Below are positions 1 through 8,726 of a stretch of 31,423 nucleotides of DNA, one piece after another. This stretch comes from Candidatus Nomurabacteria bacterium (GTDB lineage Bacteria; Patescibacteriota; Minisyncoccia; Phycocordibacterales; UBA9973), in the NCBI GenBank assembly GCA_027327845.1, contig DAHVYC010000001.1, forward strand, positions 1 through 31,423. Reading direction: 5' to 3'. Numbering within the stretch: the stretch's first letter is position 1; each line of letters begins with the position of its first letter. Below the pieces are notes generated by a model. That model did no database searches. It was not told where the DNA came from and saw only the letters and a list, made by a program, of their open reading frames with translations. The position numbers and the translations under genes are program-made.

Positions 1-720
1 ACGTCATTTTCCATGAGTAATCAAACTTCTCATGATATACAATATTCTTTCCTGTCATCAGCTTCTTCTCATCTTTTTGGTTGCATCTCCCTCCGTTCTA
101 AATCCCACTGCATCCTCAACCGCCAATATACCAAGGAAGAATACGAAGAACTGGTCCCTAAGATAATCAAGCACATGAACGATATGCCGTATATAGATAA
201 TAAAGGCAGAGTATATAGGTACGGAGAGTTCTTCCCTCCGGAATTATCACCCTTCTCTTACAACGAAACCATAGCCCAAGAGTACTTCCCACTAACCAAG
301 GAAGAAGCCCTAAAACAAGGCTACAAATGGAAAGAAAAAGAGACCAGAAACTACAAGATAGACATTAAAAATGAAGATATTCCCGATGATATCAAGGAAG
401 TAAGGGAAGATATAGTAAATAAGGTTATTGAATGTGCCCATTCGACAGGTTCAAATAAGGGAGAATGCAATGAACAATGCACTGAAGCCTTCAAAATCGT
501 TCCAGATGAGCTTTCCTTCTACCAAAGGATGAATTTACCACTACCCAGACTCTGTCCCAACTGCAGACACTACAACAGGTTAAAACAAAGAAATCCATTG
601 AAGCTCTGGCATAGACACTGCATGAAACCCGGCTGTCCTAACGAATTTGAAACCTCTTATGCACCAGAGAGGCCGGAGATCGTTTATTGTGAGACGTGTT
701 ACAATGCTGAGGTGTATTGA
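1..720 (+). CDS. Cys-rich zinc-ribbon protein of the CPR-type family, paralogue 1 (C-terminal part only; 5'-truncated by the window edge)
   Basis: The frame is open from base 1. It aligns by eye with the C-terminal ~235 aa of the ORFs at 25323 and 27087 (FGC..L....CILN+QY+KEEYE, GEFFP...SPF.YN, LPRLCPNCR, V.C..CY). Confidence 0.85.
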   Translation, partial: TSFSMSNQTSHDIQYSFLSSASSHLFGCISLRSKSHCILNRQYTKEEYEELVPKIIKHMNDMPYIDNKGRVYRYGEFFPPELSPFSYNETIAQEYFPLTKEEALKQGYKWKEKETRNYKIDIKNEDIPDDIKEVREDIVNKVIECAHSTGSNKGECNEQCTEAFKIVPDELSFYQRMNLPLPRLCPNCRHYNRLKQRNPLKLWHRHCMKPGCPNEFETSYAPERPEIVYCETCYNAEVY

Positions 721-1199
721 TGAAAAATATAAAAGAAAATATTTTAATATTGCATGATATAAGAAGCGTTACGAATGTTGGCGCGATGTTTCGCACAGCG
801 GACGCCGCCGGTATTGCCAAAATTTATTTGACTGGTTATACACCCACCCCCCTTGATCGTTTTGGTAAAATTCGTAGAGATTTGGCTAAGTCCGCTCTCG
901 GAGCTGAAGAATTTGTTCCATGGGAATTTAAAAAGAATGTTTTATCTTTAATCATAAATCTAAAAACATCGGGATTCCAAATTATAGCCGTGGAACAAGA
1001 TACTAAAGCTGTCGATTATAAGAAAATTAAATTGCGAGAAAAGAATGCTTTTATAATGGGCGCTGAAGTGGAAGGCATACCTAAAAATATCCTTAAAAAA
1101 TGCGATATAATAGCCGAAATACCTATGCGAGGCAAGAAAGAGTCATTAAACGTTTCTGTCGCTTGTGGAATAATATTGTTTCAAAAGATTGTAATTTAA
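720..1199 (+). CDS. TrmH/SpoU-family (SPOUT) RNA 2'-O-methyltransferase
   Basis: Motifs NVGAMFRTADAAG, MGAEVEGI and IPMRGKKESLNVSVA. The ATG at 720 overlaps the upstream stop (TGATG). Confidence 0.92.
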   Translation: MKNIKENILILHDIRSVTNVGAMFRTADAAGIAKIYLTGYTPTPLDRFGKIRRDLAKSALGAEEFVPWEFKKNVLSLIINLKTSGFQIIAVEQDTKAVDYKKIKLREKNAFIMGAEVEGIPKNILKKCDIIAEIPMRGKKESLNVSVACGIILFQKIVI

Positions 1200-1254
1200 A
1201 ATGTCCGCATAAAATTATGCGTGTTTTATAAAAAGTTATGCCAAGTAAGAGTTT

Positions 1255-2130
1255 TTACTTTTGATGGGAACTGCAAAAATGTGCGCTGCGGCCATTTATA
1301 ATTTTTCTCTTTATTATCCCCCCGCAACCTTTTTTCGAACATCTTTCGCCTGTTTTTCTATAAGCCTTGTGATGGTTTTGGAAACCTCCTTTTCTGCCGA
1401 ATATATTTATATAATCGGACATAGAATCTCCGCCTAAACTTATGCTTTTCTTTAGTATTTTATTCATCGAGGAAAACATTTTTTGAAACTCTATATCTTT
1501 CACATCTTTGGTTTTACGCTCAGGATGCACACCACTCTCCCAGAGGATTTCATCGGAATATATATTTCCAATACCGGATAAAAGTTTTTGGTCCATCAGC
1601 GCCGTTTTGATTTTAGTGTTTTGCCTTTTTTGCATAGCTTGCTTTAGTTTCTGCCAAGTGAAATTTTTATCCAGAGGTTCCGGACCGATGTCTTTCAAGT
1701 GTTTGGTGTCGTGCGCAGTTTTAGTCGGCAGGAGAGTTATTTTGCCGAATTTGCGTATATCTGAAAAAGCCAAGTAGTTTTTATTAGGGAAAATAAAAAT
1801 GGCGTGTACGAATTTGTCTCTATTATTAAAAAGTAAATGCCCCGTCATTTTCAGGTGTATCAAAATCGTTTTTTGTTGACTTGCCCCGCCAAGTTTCTGC
1901 GGAGGCGGGGACAGATTTATGAGAATATTTTTTGCCCGTCTTTCTATTGAAATTATTTTTTTACCCGATATTTCCTTTCTAAAATTTTTGAAATAGGACG
2001 GGTTAGCTATGGAATCCGCCTTGCGTTTATCTTTGGTTTTAAGATCGGTCCAAACGTCTTTTATGGTAAATCCCAAAATGGTCTTTTTAAGGCCGCGGAC
2101 CGTTGTTTCTACTTCTGGTAATTCTGGCAT
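1255..2130 (-). CDS. mutM: Formamidopyrimidine-DNA glycosylase (Fpg/MutM)
   Basis: N-terminal PELPEV, HLKMTG, H2TH motif GIGNIYSDE and a C-terminal CxxxxC..CxxxQ zinc-finger-like end. The start is placed at the Met before PELPEV (2130). Confidence 0.96.
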   Translation of the reverse strand: MPELPEVETTVRGLKKTILGFTIKDVWTDLKTKDKRKADSIANPSYFKNFRKEISGKKIISIERRAKNILINLSPPPQKLGGASQQKTILIHLKMTGHLLFNNRDKFVHAIFIFPNKNYLAFSDIRKFGKITLLPTKTAHDTKHLKDIGPEPLDKNFTWQKLKQAMQKRQNTKIKTALMDQKLLSGIGNIYSDEILWESGVHPERKTKDVKDIEFQKMFSSMNKILKKSISLGGDSMSDYINIFGRKGGFQNHHKAYRKTGERCSKKGCGGIIKRKIINGRSAHFCSSHQK

Positions 2131-2144
2131 GGTACAATTATACA
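2130..2144. promoter_or_regulatory. Overlapping divergent -10 boxes for mutM and the amidase gene
   Basis: TGgTACAAT on + (hexamer 2133-2138) and TATAAT on - (2137-2142), each 6 nt from its ATG. The intergenic gap is only 14 bp. Confidence 0.6.
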
Positions 2145-3002
2145 ATGATTCTTAAGAAGATTTTATTGGTTGTGTCTGTTCTACTTTTTTTTATACCATT
2201 TTTTGCTATGGCAAAAAATATTTCAAATACTCAAAAACCGGAAAAACCCTTTAAAATATTGCTTATTCCCGGACACGACAACGAGGTATGGGGAGCCGAA
2301 TATGGTAATAGGAAAGAAGCGGATATGAACCTGGTTTTAGCCACCAAAATATACAATATCTTAAAAGAGGATAAAAGATTTAAGGTTTTTATAACCAGAG
2401 ATGGTAATGGCTATACTAAAGATTTTTCAGATTACTTTTCAGCATACAAGGAAGATATAATCTCATTTGAAAAAAATGCCAAAGAGAAAATGGTCGGAAA
2501 CATAACCGATGGAAACTTTGTTCGTAAAAAAAATGCTCCGCATCATAGGGTAAGTAGCAACATAGCTTTAAGGTTGTATGGGTTCAATAAGTGGGCCAAT
2601 GAAAATAATATTGACGCTATGGTACACATTCACTTTAACGATTACCCGCGGGCTAATAATTGGGTGATAGGAAAGTATAAAGGATTTGTCATGTATATAC
2701 CGGATCAGCAACTTTCTAATTATAAAGGAAGCGAGTCATTGGCTAAGAAAATTTTCATGGAGTTGCATAAAAAGTACCCGATCAGCAATTTTCTTCCGGA
2801 AAAGAAGGGTATAGTTACTGACCAGCAACTTATCGCCATAGGTGCCAATGGCACGCTTGATGCTTCTGTTAGGTCCGTTCTTATAGAATATGGTTATATA
2901 TATGAGAAAATTTTTAGAAATAACAAAACCAGAAGCCAGTTCTATAAAGATGCTGCGAACCTGACAGTCAAAGGCCTGGAGAATTATTTTTTCGGAAAGT
3001 AA
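2145..3002 (+). CDS. N-acetylmuramoyl-L-alanine amidase (Amidase_3 family), secreted
   Basis: Signal-peptide-like N-terminus (MILKKILLVVSVLLFFIPFFAMA), PGH..E, HIHFN and VLIEYGY zinc-amidase motifs. Confidence 0.88.
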   Translation: MILKKILLVVSVLLFFIPFFAMAKNISNTQKPEKPFKILLIPGHDNEVWGAEYGNRKEADMNLVLATKIYNILKEDKRFKVFITRDGNGYTKDFSDYFSAYKEDIISFEKNAKEKMVGNITDGNFVRKKNAPHHRVSSNIALRLYGFNKWANENNIDAMVHIHFNDYPRANNWVIGKYKGFVMYIPDQQLSNYKGSESLAKKIFMELHKKYPISNFLPEKKGIVTDQQLIAIGANGTLDASVRSVLIEYGYIYEKIFRNNKTRSQFYKDAANLTVKGLENYFFGK

Positions 3003-3017
3003 AAATAAAGAAATATC

Positions 3018-3138
3018 AAAATTTATAAAGCAATCTATCTGGCGAAGCTTCGCCAGCGAACTGCTCGTCGCTCAAGAAAATAAAAAATGGGGTACCATTT
3101 TTATTTTCTAAGCTCCTGCGCAAGGCTTTCTAAATTTT
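3018..3138. repeat. Multi-hairpin palindromic element between convergent amidase and ruvA genes
   Basis: Outer 14-bp inverted repeat with 1 mismatch (3018-3031/3125-3138), a perfect 18-bp palindrome CTGGCGAAGCTTCGCCAG (3039-3056) and an AT-rich hairpin (3075-3109). Confidence 0.8.
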
Positions 3139-3146
3139 ATATTTCT

Positions 3147-3734
3147 TTATTTATTAGCTAGTATTTTTAGCGCTTCGCGTATTTTTGCATTCGTGTCAAA
3201 GGAAGATGAAACTTTTTTAATTGCTTCTCTTGCTTCACCTTGAGAATAACCCAAAGACTTTAATGCTTCCAGGGCGTCGAGTTCACCTTGAAGGGAAGTG
3301 CCTGTCTTTTCTTCTCCCATTTTATCTCTTAGCTCTATGATTATTTTTTCGGCAGTTTTTTTACCGATGCCGGAAATTTTCGTCAGATATGCCGTGTCTC
3401 CGGTTCCGATGGCTTTTTTCAATGTTTCAATAGAAGCAATGCCTAAGATACCAAGAGCTCCCTTGGGTCCAATACCGGAAACATTAATTAGCATTTCAAA
3501 GAATTCTAATTCTTGGTGATCAAGGAAACCATAAAGGTCAAATGCATCTTCTCGCACATGGGTATGAATCCAAAATGATGCTAATGCACCATTTTGTTCC
3601 GAGCTTTTACGAGGGGCAGAAAGTTTAGATAAAGTATCGGGTGATACGTTTATTTTATAACCAACTCCGCCGGTTTCTAGTATTATAAATTTATCTGTTT
3701 TTAGGGTTATTTTTCCTCTTAAACTGCCTATCAT
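3147..3734 (-). CDS. ruvA: Holliday junction branch migration protein RuvA
   Basis: MIGSLRG start, HTHVRED, HhH motifs VSGIGPKGA and ISGIGKKTAEKI, C-terminal ALKSLGY domain. Confidence 0.97.
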   Translation of the reverse strand: MIGSLRGKITLKTDKFIILETGGVGYKINVSPDTLSKLSAPRKSSEQNGALASFWIHTHVREDAFDLYGFLDHQELEFFEMLINVSGIGPKGALGILGIASIETLKKAIGTGDTAYLTKISGIGKKTAEKIIIELRDKMGEEKTGTSLQGELDALEALKSLGYSQGEAREAIKKVSSSFDTNAKIREALKILANK

Positions 3735-3788
3735 GGTTTAATAATACCATATTTGCCTTTTTTTGTGATTTTTGATAATGTTTGTCAT

Positions 3789-4040
3789 ATGCCAATAATA
3801 AAATCAGCTAAAAAAGCTATAAGAGTTTCAGCCAGGAAAAAGGCCGTCAATGACCGCAGGAGACATGCCATGAAAGATATGATAAAAAAGATAGAAAAGA
3901 CTTCCAAAAATGACAAGAAAGAAGCTCAAAAATTGTTAAACTCAGCCTTTGCCGCCATAGACAAAGCGGCAAAGAGAGGCGTTATTAAAAAGAATAATGC
4001 CGCCCGAAAAAAATCTCGCTTGTCGAGACTGGTAAAATAA
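3789..4040 (+). CDS. rpsT: 30S ribosomal protein S20
   Basis: MPIIKSAKKAIR...IDKAAKRGVIKKNNAARKKSRL; start placed at MPII. Confidence 0.96.
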   Translation: MPIIKSAKKAIRVSARKKAVNDRRRHAMKDMIKKIEKTSKNDKKEAQKLLNSAFAAIDKAAKRGVIKKNNAARKKSRLSRLVK

Positions 4041-4044
4041 TACA

Positions 4045-4848
4045 GTGTCTAAAATAATAGAAGTAAAAAATTTGAATAAAAAATTCGGCGATTTTACAGC
4101 CGTAAATGATATATCTTTTTCAGTAGAAAAAGGGAACATTTTTGCCTTTTTGGGTCCCAATGGAGCGGGTAAAACCACTACCATAAAAATGCTTACCACG
4201 TTGCTTCCGCCAACTAGTGGAAATGTAAAGGTGAATAATTTTGATCTAAACACCGATCGAGACGAAGTGCGTAAATCATTTGGCATAGTTTTCCAAGACC
4301 CGAGCTTGGATGACGATCTTACCGCTTATGAAAACATGAATTTTCATGCGGTTCTTTATGGAGTGCCGAAAGAAGAAAAAGAGGGAAGAATTGAAGAACT
4401 TCTTAGGTTAGTCGATTTATTGGATAGAAAAAATGATTATGTTAAAAATTATTCAGGCGGAATGAAGCGCAGACTTGAGATAGCGCGTTCTTTGATTCAC
4501 AACCCGGAGATAATATTTTTAGACGAGCCGACTGTTGGGCTCGATCCCCAGACACGCAACCATATCTGGTCTTACGTGGTCGATTTATCTAAGAGAAAAG
4601 GAGTTACTGTATTTTTGACTACTCACTATATGGAGGAAGCTGAAAAAATGGCGGACAAGATAGTCGTTATAGATCACGGGAAAATTATAGGTTCCGGTAC
4701 CTCGGACTCTCTTAAAAAGGATACTGGGGCAGAATCTTTAGAAGAAGCATTTTTAAAATTAACAGGTAGTGAAATCAGGCACGATGAGGCGGGTTCGTTG
4801 GATTCACTACGCACACATGCCAGAGTTTGGGGAAGAACTCGTCGTTAA
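4045..4848 (+). CDS. ABC-2 (DrrA-like) exporter ATP-binding subunit
   Basis: Walker A GPNGAGKT, signature YSGGMKRR, Walker B IIFLDEP, H-loop TTH; GTG start. Confidence 0.93.
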   Translation: MSKIIEVKNLNKKFGDFTAVNDISFSVEKGNIFAFLGPNGAGKTTTIKMLTTLLPPTSGNVKVNNFDLNTDRDEVRKSFGIVFQDPSLDDDLTAYENMNFHAVLYGVPKEEKEGRIEELLRLVDLLDRKNDYVKNYSGGMKRRLEIARSLIHNPEIIFLDEPTVGLDPQTRNHIWSYVVDLSKRKGVTVFLTTHYMEEAEKMADKIVVIDHGKIIGSGTSDSLKKDTGAESLEEAFLKLTGSEIRHDEAGSLDSLRTHARVWGRTRR

Positions 4849-4884
4849 TAAAGTTTTGACTGAACAAGAAATATAAGAAAATTT

Positions 4885-5631
4885 ATGAATACAGTATATA
4901 TATTGTGGCTACGACAATTGAAAAAATATTTAAGATCAACTCCCAGAATAATAGGATCTTTGGGTCAGCCCCTTCTTTTTCTGTTGGTGTTTGGCTTCGG
5001 CTTCGGTTCTATCTTTGCTAAGGCCGGGGAAGGAAGCTATATACAATTTTTAGTGCCGGGCATTGTGGCTATGGCCGTCATTTTTACTGCGATTTTTGGG
5101 GGAATAGAGCTTATATGGGATAGACAATTTGGATTTTTAAAAGAAACGATGGTGGCTCCTGTTTCCCGTTTCAATATAATGCTTGGCAGGACGATAGGCG
5201 GAGCGACGGTTTCGGTCATCCAAGGTATTGCAGTCCTTATAATCTCTTTCTTTGTCGGTTTTAAAATGCACAATCCTCTTATGATATTTCCGGCTTTGGT
5301 TTTTATGTTTTTAACGGCATTTTTTTTCACGGCTCTCGGCACATCTATTGCTTCGAGACTTATGGATATGCAAGCTTTTCCTATAATAATGAATTTTCTA
5401 GTAATGCCTCTTTTTTTCCTTTCCGGATCCATTTTCCCGCTTGAAAATGCCCCCAAGGCTCTACAGATTTTGAGTAAAGTTGATCCGCTTACCTATGGCA
5501 TAGATGGATTGCGTTATGTATTTGAAGGAGTATCAAGCTTAAACCCTTGGGCAGACTTAGTATACCTCTTAGGGTTTTCTATAATTGTGTTTTTAGTTGG
5601 CAGATTTTTATTTGAGAGAATGGAAGCCTAG
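4885..5631 (+). CDS. ABC-2 type transporter permease
   Basis: About 6 hydrophobic segments, DRQFGFLKETMVAPVSR and DPLTYGIDGLR motifs; follows the ATPase. Confidence 0.92.
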   Translation: MNTVYILWLRQLKKYLRSTPRIIGSLGQPLLFLLVFGFGFGSIFAKAGEGSYIQFLVPGIVAMAVIFTAIFGGIELIWDRQFGFLKETMVAPVSRFNIMLGRTIGGATVSVIQGIAVLIISFFVGFKMHNPLMIFPALVFMFLTAFFFTALGTSIASRLMDMQAFPIIMNFLVMPLFFLSGSIFPLENAPKALQILSKVDPLTYGIDGLRYVFEGVSSLNPWADLVYLLGFSIIVFLVGRFLFERMEA

Positions 5632-5632
5632 T

Positions 5633-8608
5633 TTAGTGATGACTTTTGTCTATAGAAGTAGCTACTGCAGTCCTAGGTCCATAGTATGCCTTTCTAGCCG
5701 TGAGTATTAGAAGCACCAAGAGAAGTATGAGAAGAAGCCATCCTATGAGGTTGTTGGGCAAGAAACTGTTCCCAAACAGGAGAGCCAAAGCTCCAAGCTG
5801 TCCGCTTTCCGTCCCACCCTCGATTGTATTTTTGGAATAAGCGAAGACCTCTTCCTGAGATCCCGTACTTGATACTGTATAGGCCATGTTTGCTGTCACG
5901 ACCGTTATCTTTCCAATCTGTGCGTCGGAAGTTACTTTTACCGATATCATTACGCTTCCTTCTTCTCCTGGATTAAGATTTCCTATATTTGACAATAATA
6001 TATTATTTAAGGAAGAAAATGATCCTCTACTTGCTTCTATGAATTCAAGTTCTTTGGGAATGTAAACTTGCAGAACCACATCACTCAGACTCTTTGAAGA
6101 AACGTTTTTGTAATTTACCACATACTGGATGACGTCTCCGCGTCTTATTGATTCGTTGTTCTTATTTATAGTCAAGAATACTAGAGAAGATTTTGATGTA
6201 CCGTTTGTTGTCGTTGTATTTGTCACGACGGTGGTGTTCCTGTAAACAGTATTTGTATTGGTGTTACTGTTAATATTTCCTCCGGAAGTGGTAAAGCTCA
6301 ATATATCTCCACGGGCGGTACCGTACTGGTTGGTAACCACCGCTCTATAATAATAGGTAGTATTCGGTGAGAGGTTGTATAGGTTTTCATAAAACGGATT
6401 TGATTGTGTGTTCCCTATATTTTTGTTTTCAGTGCTTCGGCCCAAACTACTTGTAGTACCATACTCGAAATATCCGGTAGTATATGCGGAGTTACTTACC
6501 AAACCCAGTCCGCTTATTCTAGCGCTATCGCTTCCTATACTGGTGGCGGAAGTAGTCACAGCTGTAGGCGCACAATTGCCGTAAGTACAGGTATTGGTAT
6601 TACTTCCGTAGTTGGTTGTTATGAATGTTAAAGTGTTTCCGTAAACGGTAGCACCGTTGCCTCCCAATGCGGCCGCTCGGAAATAGTAGACGGTGTTAGG
6701 AGTCAAGTTATAAAGGGTCTCGCTGAAGTTGCCCGCGTAAGTTCCTTGGCTCATTCTGTTTGTGGAAGTGTAAAGGAAACTATAATTTGTGCCCCATTCA
6801 AACCATCTCATGGCGTAAGAACCGTTAGGGTCTACGTACCCGTTTAGGATAGCGTAAGTATTACTTACTCCCGTGGCAGAATAGGTGGTGACCAAAGGTT
6901 GGTTGTTGTAGTTGAAATAGCAATTGTTATAACTGCAATAATTATTATTATAATTGTTTAAAGTTGTAAAACTCATCTGACTTCCGTATATTAGTTGTCC
7001 GTTATTTGCCTGGGCTACAGCTCTGTAATAGTATGTGGTGTTTGGAGAAAGGCCACTCAAATAATAGCTATAGGAAGTTCCAGTATTTGATCCGTAATTT
7101 ACCTGGCCGGTTTGATTTCCGTAATAAGAAGAAGTGCCCCATTCAAACCAGGCATATATATTTGATGTTCCACTGGAACTCAAATATCCGTTTAAGGTAG
7201 CATAATTCATGCCTAAATTTGTGGCTCCATTTGTGTTTACATTCAAAGTTGCGTTTTGTCCGCCGACATTTACCGTGACGGAATCAGTGGCAGACAATCC
7301 AGCATTATTGGAACAAGTTATGCTGTAAGTGGTCGTATTGTTCAATGATCCGGTGTAGAAATTTCCGGATAAATCTTTCGTACCCGCCCAATTATTTGCT
7401 CCTCCGTTTGCTGTACAGGAAGAGGCATTGGTGGAAGTCCAGTTTACATAAGTGGAACTTCCATAGTTTACATTAGTATTTGATGCGGATATTTTTACAG
7501 TTGGTGCAATATTTTGCTGTCCTACTGTTACCGTTGTGGTATCCGTCGTGCTTCCGCCCTCTCCGGTACAGGTGATGCTGTAAGTAGTCGTGGCGGTAGG
7601 GGAGACTGTTCGATATCCGGAAGTAGTATTGCTTGTGGTCCAGGTGGCATTACAGGAAGTGGCGCCGGAAGAATTCCAGGATAAGGTGGAGCTTCCGCCA
7701 TATTGTATATTGGAAGGATTGGCAATAAGGCTGACCGTCGGCGCTTGAGGGATATTTATTGAATTTACATTCACAGTTACAACATCACTGCTTGACCCGG
7801 AACTGTTGGAACAAGTGACATTGTAAGTAGTAGTGCTATAGAGCGATCCGGTGTAGAAACTTCCTGAAGTAGTGCTTTTTACCCCAGCCCATCCGTTTGC
7901 TCCTCCGCTTGCTACACAGGAAGTAGGATTGCCGGTAGTAGTCCATCGGACATAGGTGCTTCCTCCGGAAGTCAAATTATTATTATCTACTCTTAGTGTA
8001 ACAGTAGGGGAAGGATAAGATGCCACAGTGACGGTGGTGGAAGCATTGGCTGTTCCTCCAGCTCCGGTGCAAGTTATGTAGTATGTAGTAGTGGCAGTCG
8101 GATATACCAGAGCTGATCCGTTAGTAGCGTTATTCGTAGTCCAAGAAGAGTTGCAATAAGTAGTATTTGCGGATGACCAAGTGAGGGTGGAATTTCCACC
8201 GTATTGTATGCTGGCAGGATTGGCAGTCAAAGTGACCGTAGGAGTCTGAGTTATAGGGTGAGTCAATGTCGTGAAAGATTTTATTTCACCAGAGGCGACA
8301 CCGAATGTATTTGATGCTTTTGCTTGGTAGTAATAAGTGGTGCCTTCCGAAAGGCCGGTTAAAGTGAAGCTGTATTGAGAATTATAATTAAAAGTCTGAG
8401 ATGGGGTTCTGTTGCCCAATGAGCTACTGGTACCCCATTCAAACCAGGCTTCCGTCGGACTACCATTTGGCGTCACATATCCATAGATGGTGGCGCTGGT
8501 GTAGCTTACCACAGGACCCGGGACATATTGCGCATGCGCAAACGGAGCACTGAAAGCGAGCCCTAAAAAGACAAACAAACCCATTATTAATTTTATTTTT
8601 GTATTCAT
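5633..8608 (-). CDS. Large secreted, C-terminally anchored repeat surface protein (FN3-like and Ig/PKD-like repeats, DUF11-like domain)
   Basis: Signal peptide from MNTKIK (8608). Four AWFEWGT...L.P.TTYY(Y/F)RA-type repeats, two pairs of Thr/Ser-rich Ig-like repeats, a DUF11-like segment (GDVIQYVVNYKN) and a C-terminal TM helix followed by basic residues. Confidence 0.8.
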   Translation of the reverse strand: MNTKIKLIMGLFVFLGLAFSAPFAHAQYVPGPVVSYTSATIYGYVTPNGSPTEAWFEWGTSSSLGNRTPSQTFNYNSQYSFTLTGLSEGTTYYYQAKASNTFGVASGEIKSFTTLTHPITQTPTVTLTANPASIQYGGNSTLTWSSANTTYCNSSWTTNNATNGSALVYPTATTTYYITCTGAGGTANASTTVTVASYPSPTVTLRVDNNNLTSGGSTYVRWTTTGNPTSCVASGGANGWAGVKSTTSGSFYTGSLYSTTTYNVTCSNSSGSSSDVVTVNVNSINIPQAPTVSLIANPSNIQYGGSSTLSWNSSGATSCNATWTTSNTTSGYRTVSPTATTTYSITCTGEGGSTTDTTTVTVGQQNIAPTVKISASNTNVNYGSSTYVNWTSTNASSCTANGGANNWAGTKDLSGNFYTGSLNNTTTYSITCSNNAGLSATDSVTVNVGGQNATLNVNTNGATNLGMNYATLNGYLSSSGTSNIYAWFEWGTSSYYGNQTGQVNYGSNTGTSYSYYLSGLSPNTTYYYRAVAQANNGQLIYGSQMSFTTLNNYNNNYCSYNNCYFNYNNQPLVTTYSATGVSNTYAILNGYVDPNGSYAMRWFEWGTNYSFLYTSTNRMSQGTYAGNFSETLYNLTPNTVYYFRAAALGGNGATVYGNTLTFITTNYGSNTNTCTYGNCAPTAVTTSATSIGSDSARISGLGLVSNSAYTTGYFEYGTTSSLGRSTENKNIGNTQSNPFYENLYNLSPNTTYYYRAVVTNQYGTARGDILSFTTSGGNINSNTNTNTVYRNTTVVTNTTTTNGTSKSSLVFLTINKNNESIRRGDVIQYVVNYKNVSSKSLSDVVLQVYIPKELEFIEASRGSFSSLNNILLSNIGNLNPGEEGSVMISVKVTSDAQIGKITVVTANMAYTVSSTGSQEEVFAYSKNTIEGGTESGQLGALALLFGNSFLPNNLIGWLLLILLLVLLILTARKAYYGPRTAVATSIDKSHH

Positions 8609-8643
8609 ATATTTTTTAATTATTTTTTTAAAGTAAATCTCTT

Positions 8644-8715
8644 TACTCCCCAAAAACATAAAATATTTTATGGCTTTGGGGAGTAGGGAAGCGGAGATTT
8701 TTTCTCTCGCTTCCC
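8644..8715. repeat. Two abutting hairpins between the orphan secreted gene and the surface protein gene
   Basis: TACTCCCCAAA/TTTGGGGAGTA (8644-8685) is immediately followed by GGGAAGCG/CGCTTCCC (8686-8715). Confidence 0.7.
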
Positions 8716-8726
8716 CATCAAAACTT

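Noticed and set aside
1206-1221. Small palindrome CGCATAAAATTATGCG between TrmH and mutM
   Set aside because: Short and AT-rich; at most a weak bidirectional terminator, too common to be informative.
3018-3138. CRISPR array or riboswitch among the hairpin elements
   Set aside because: No regularly spaced direct repeats or cas genes, and no riboswitch consensus that I recognise.
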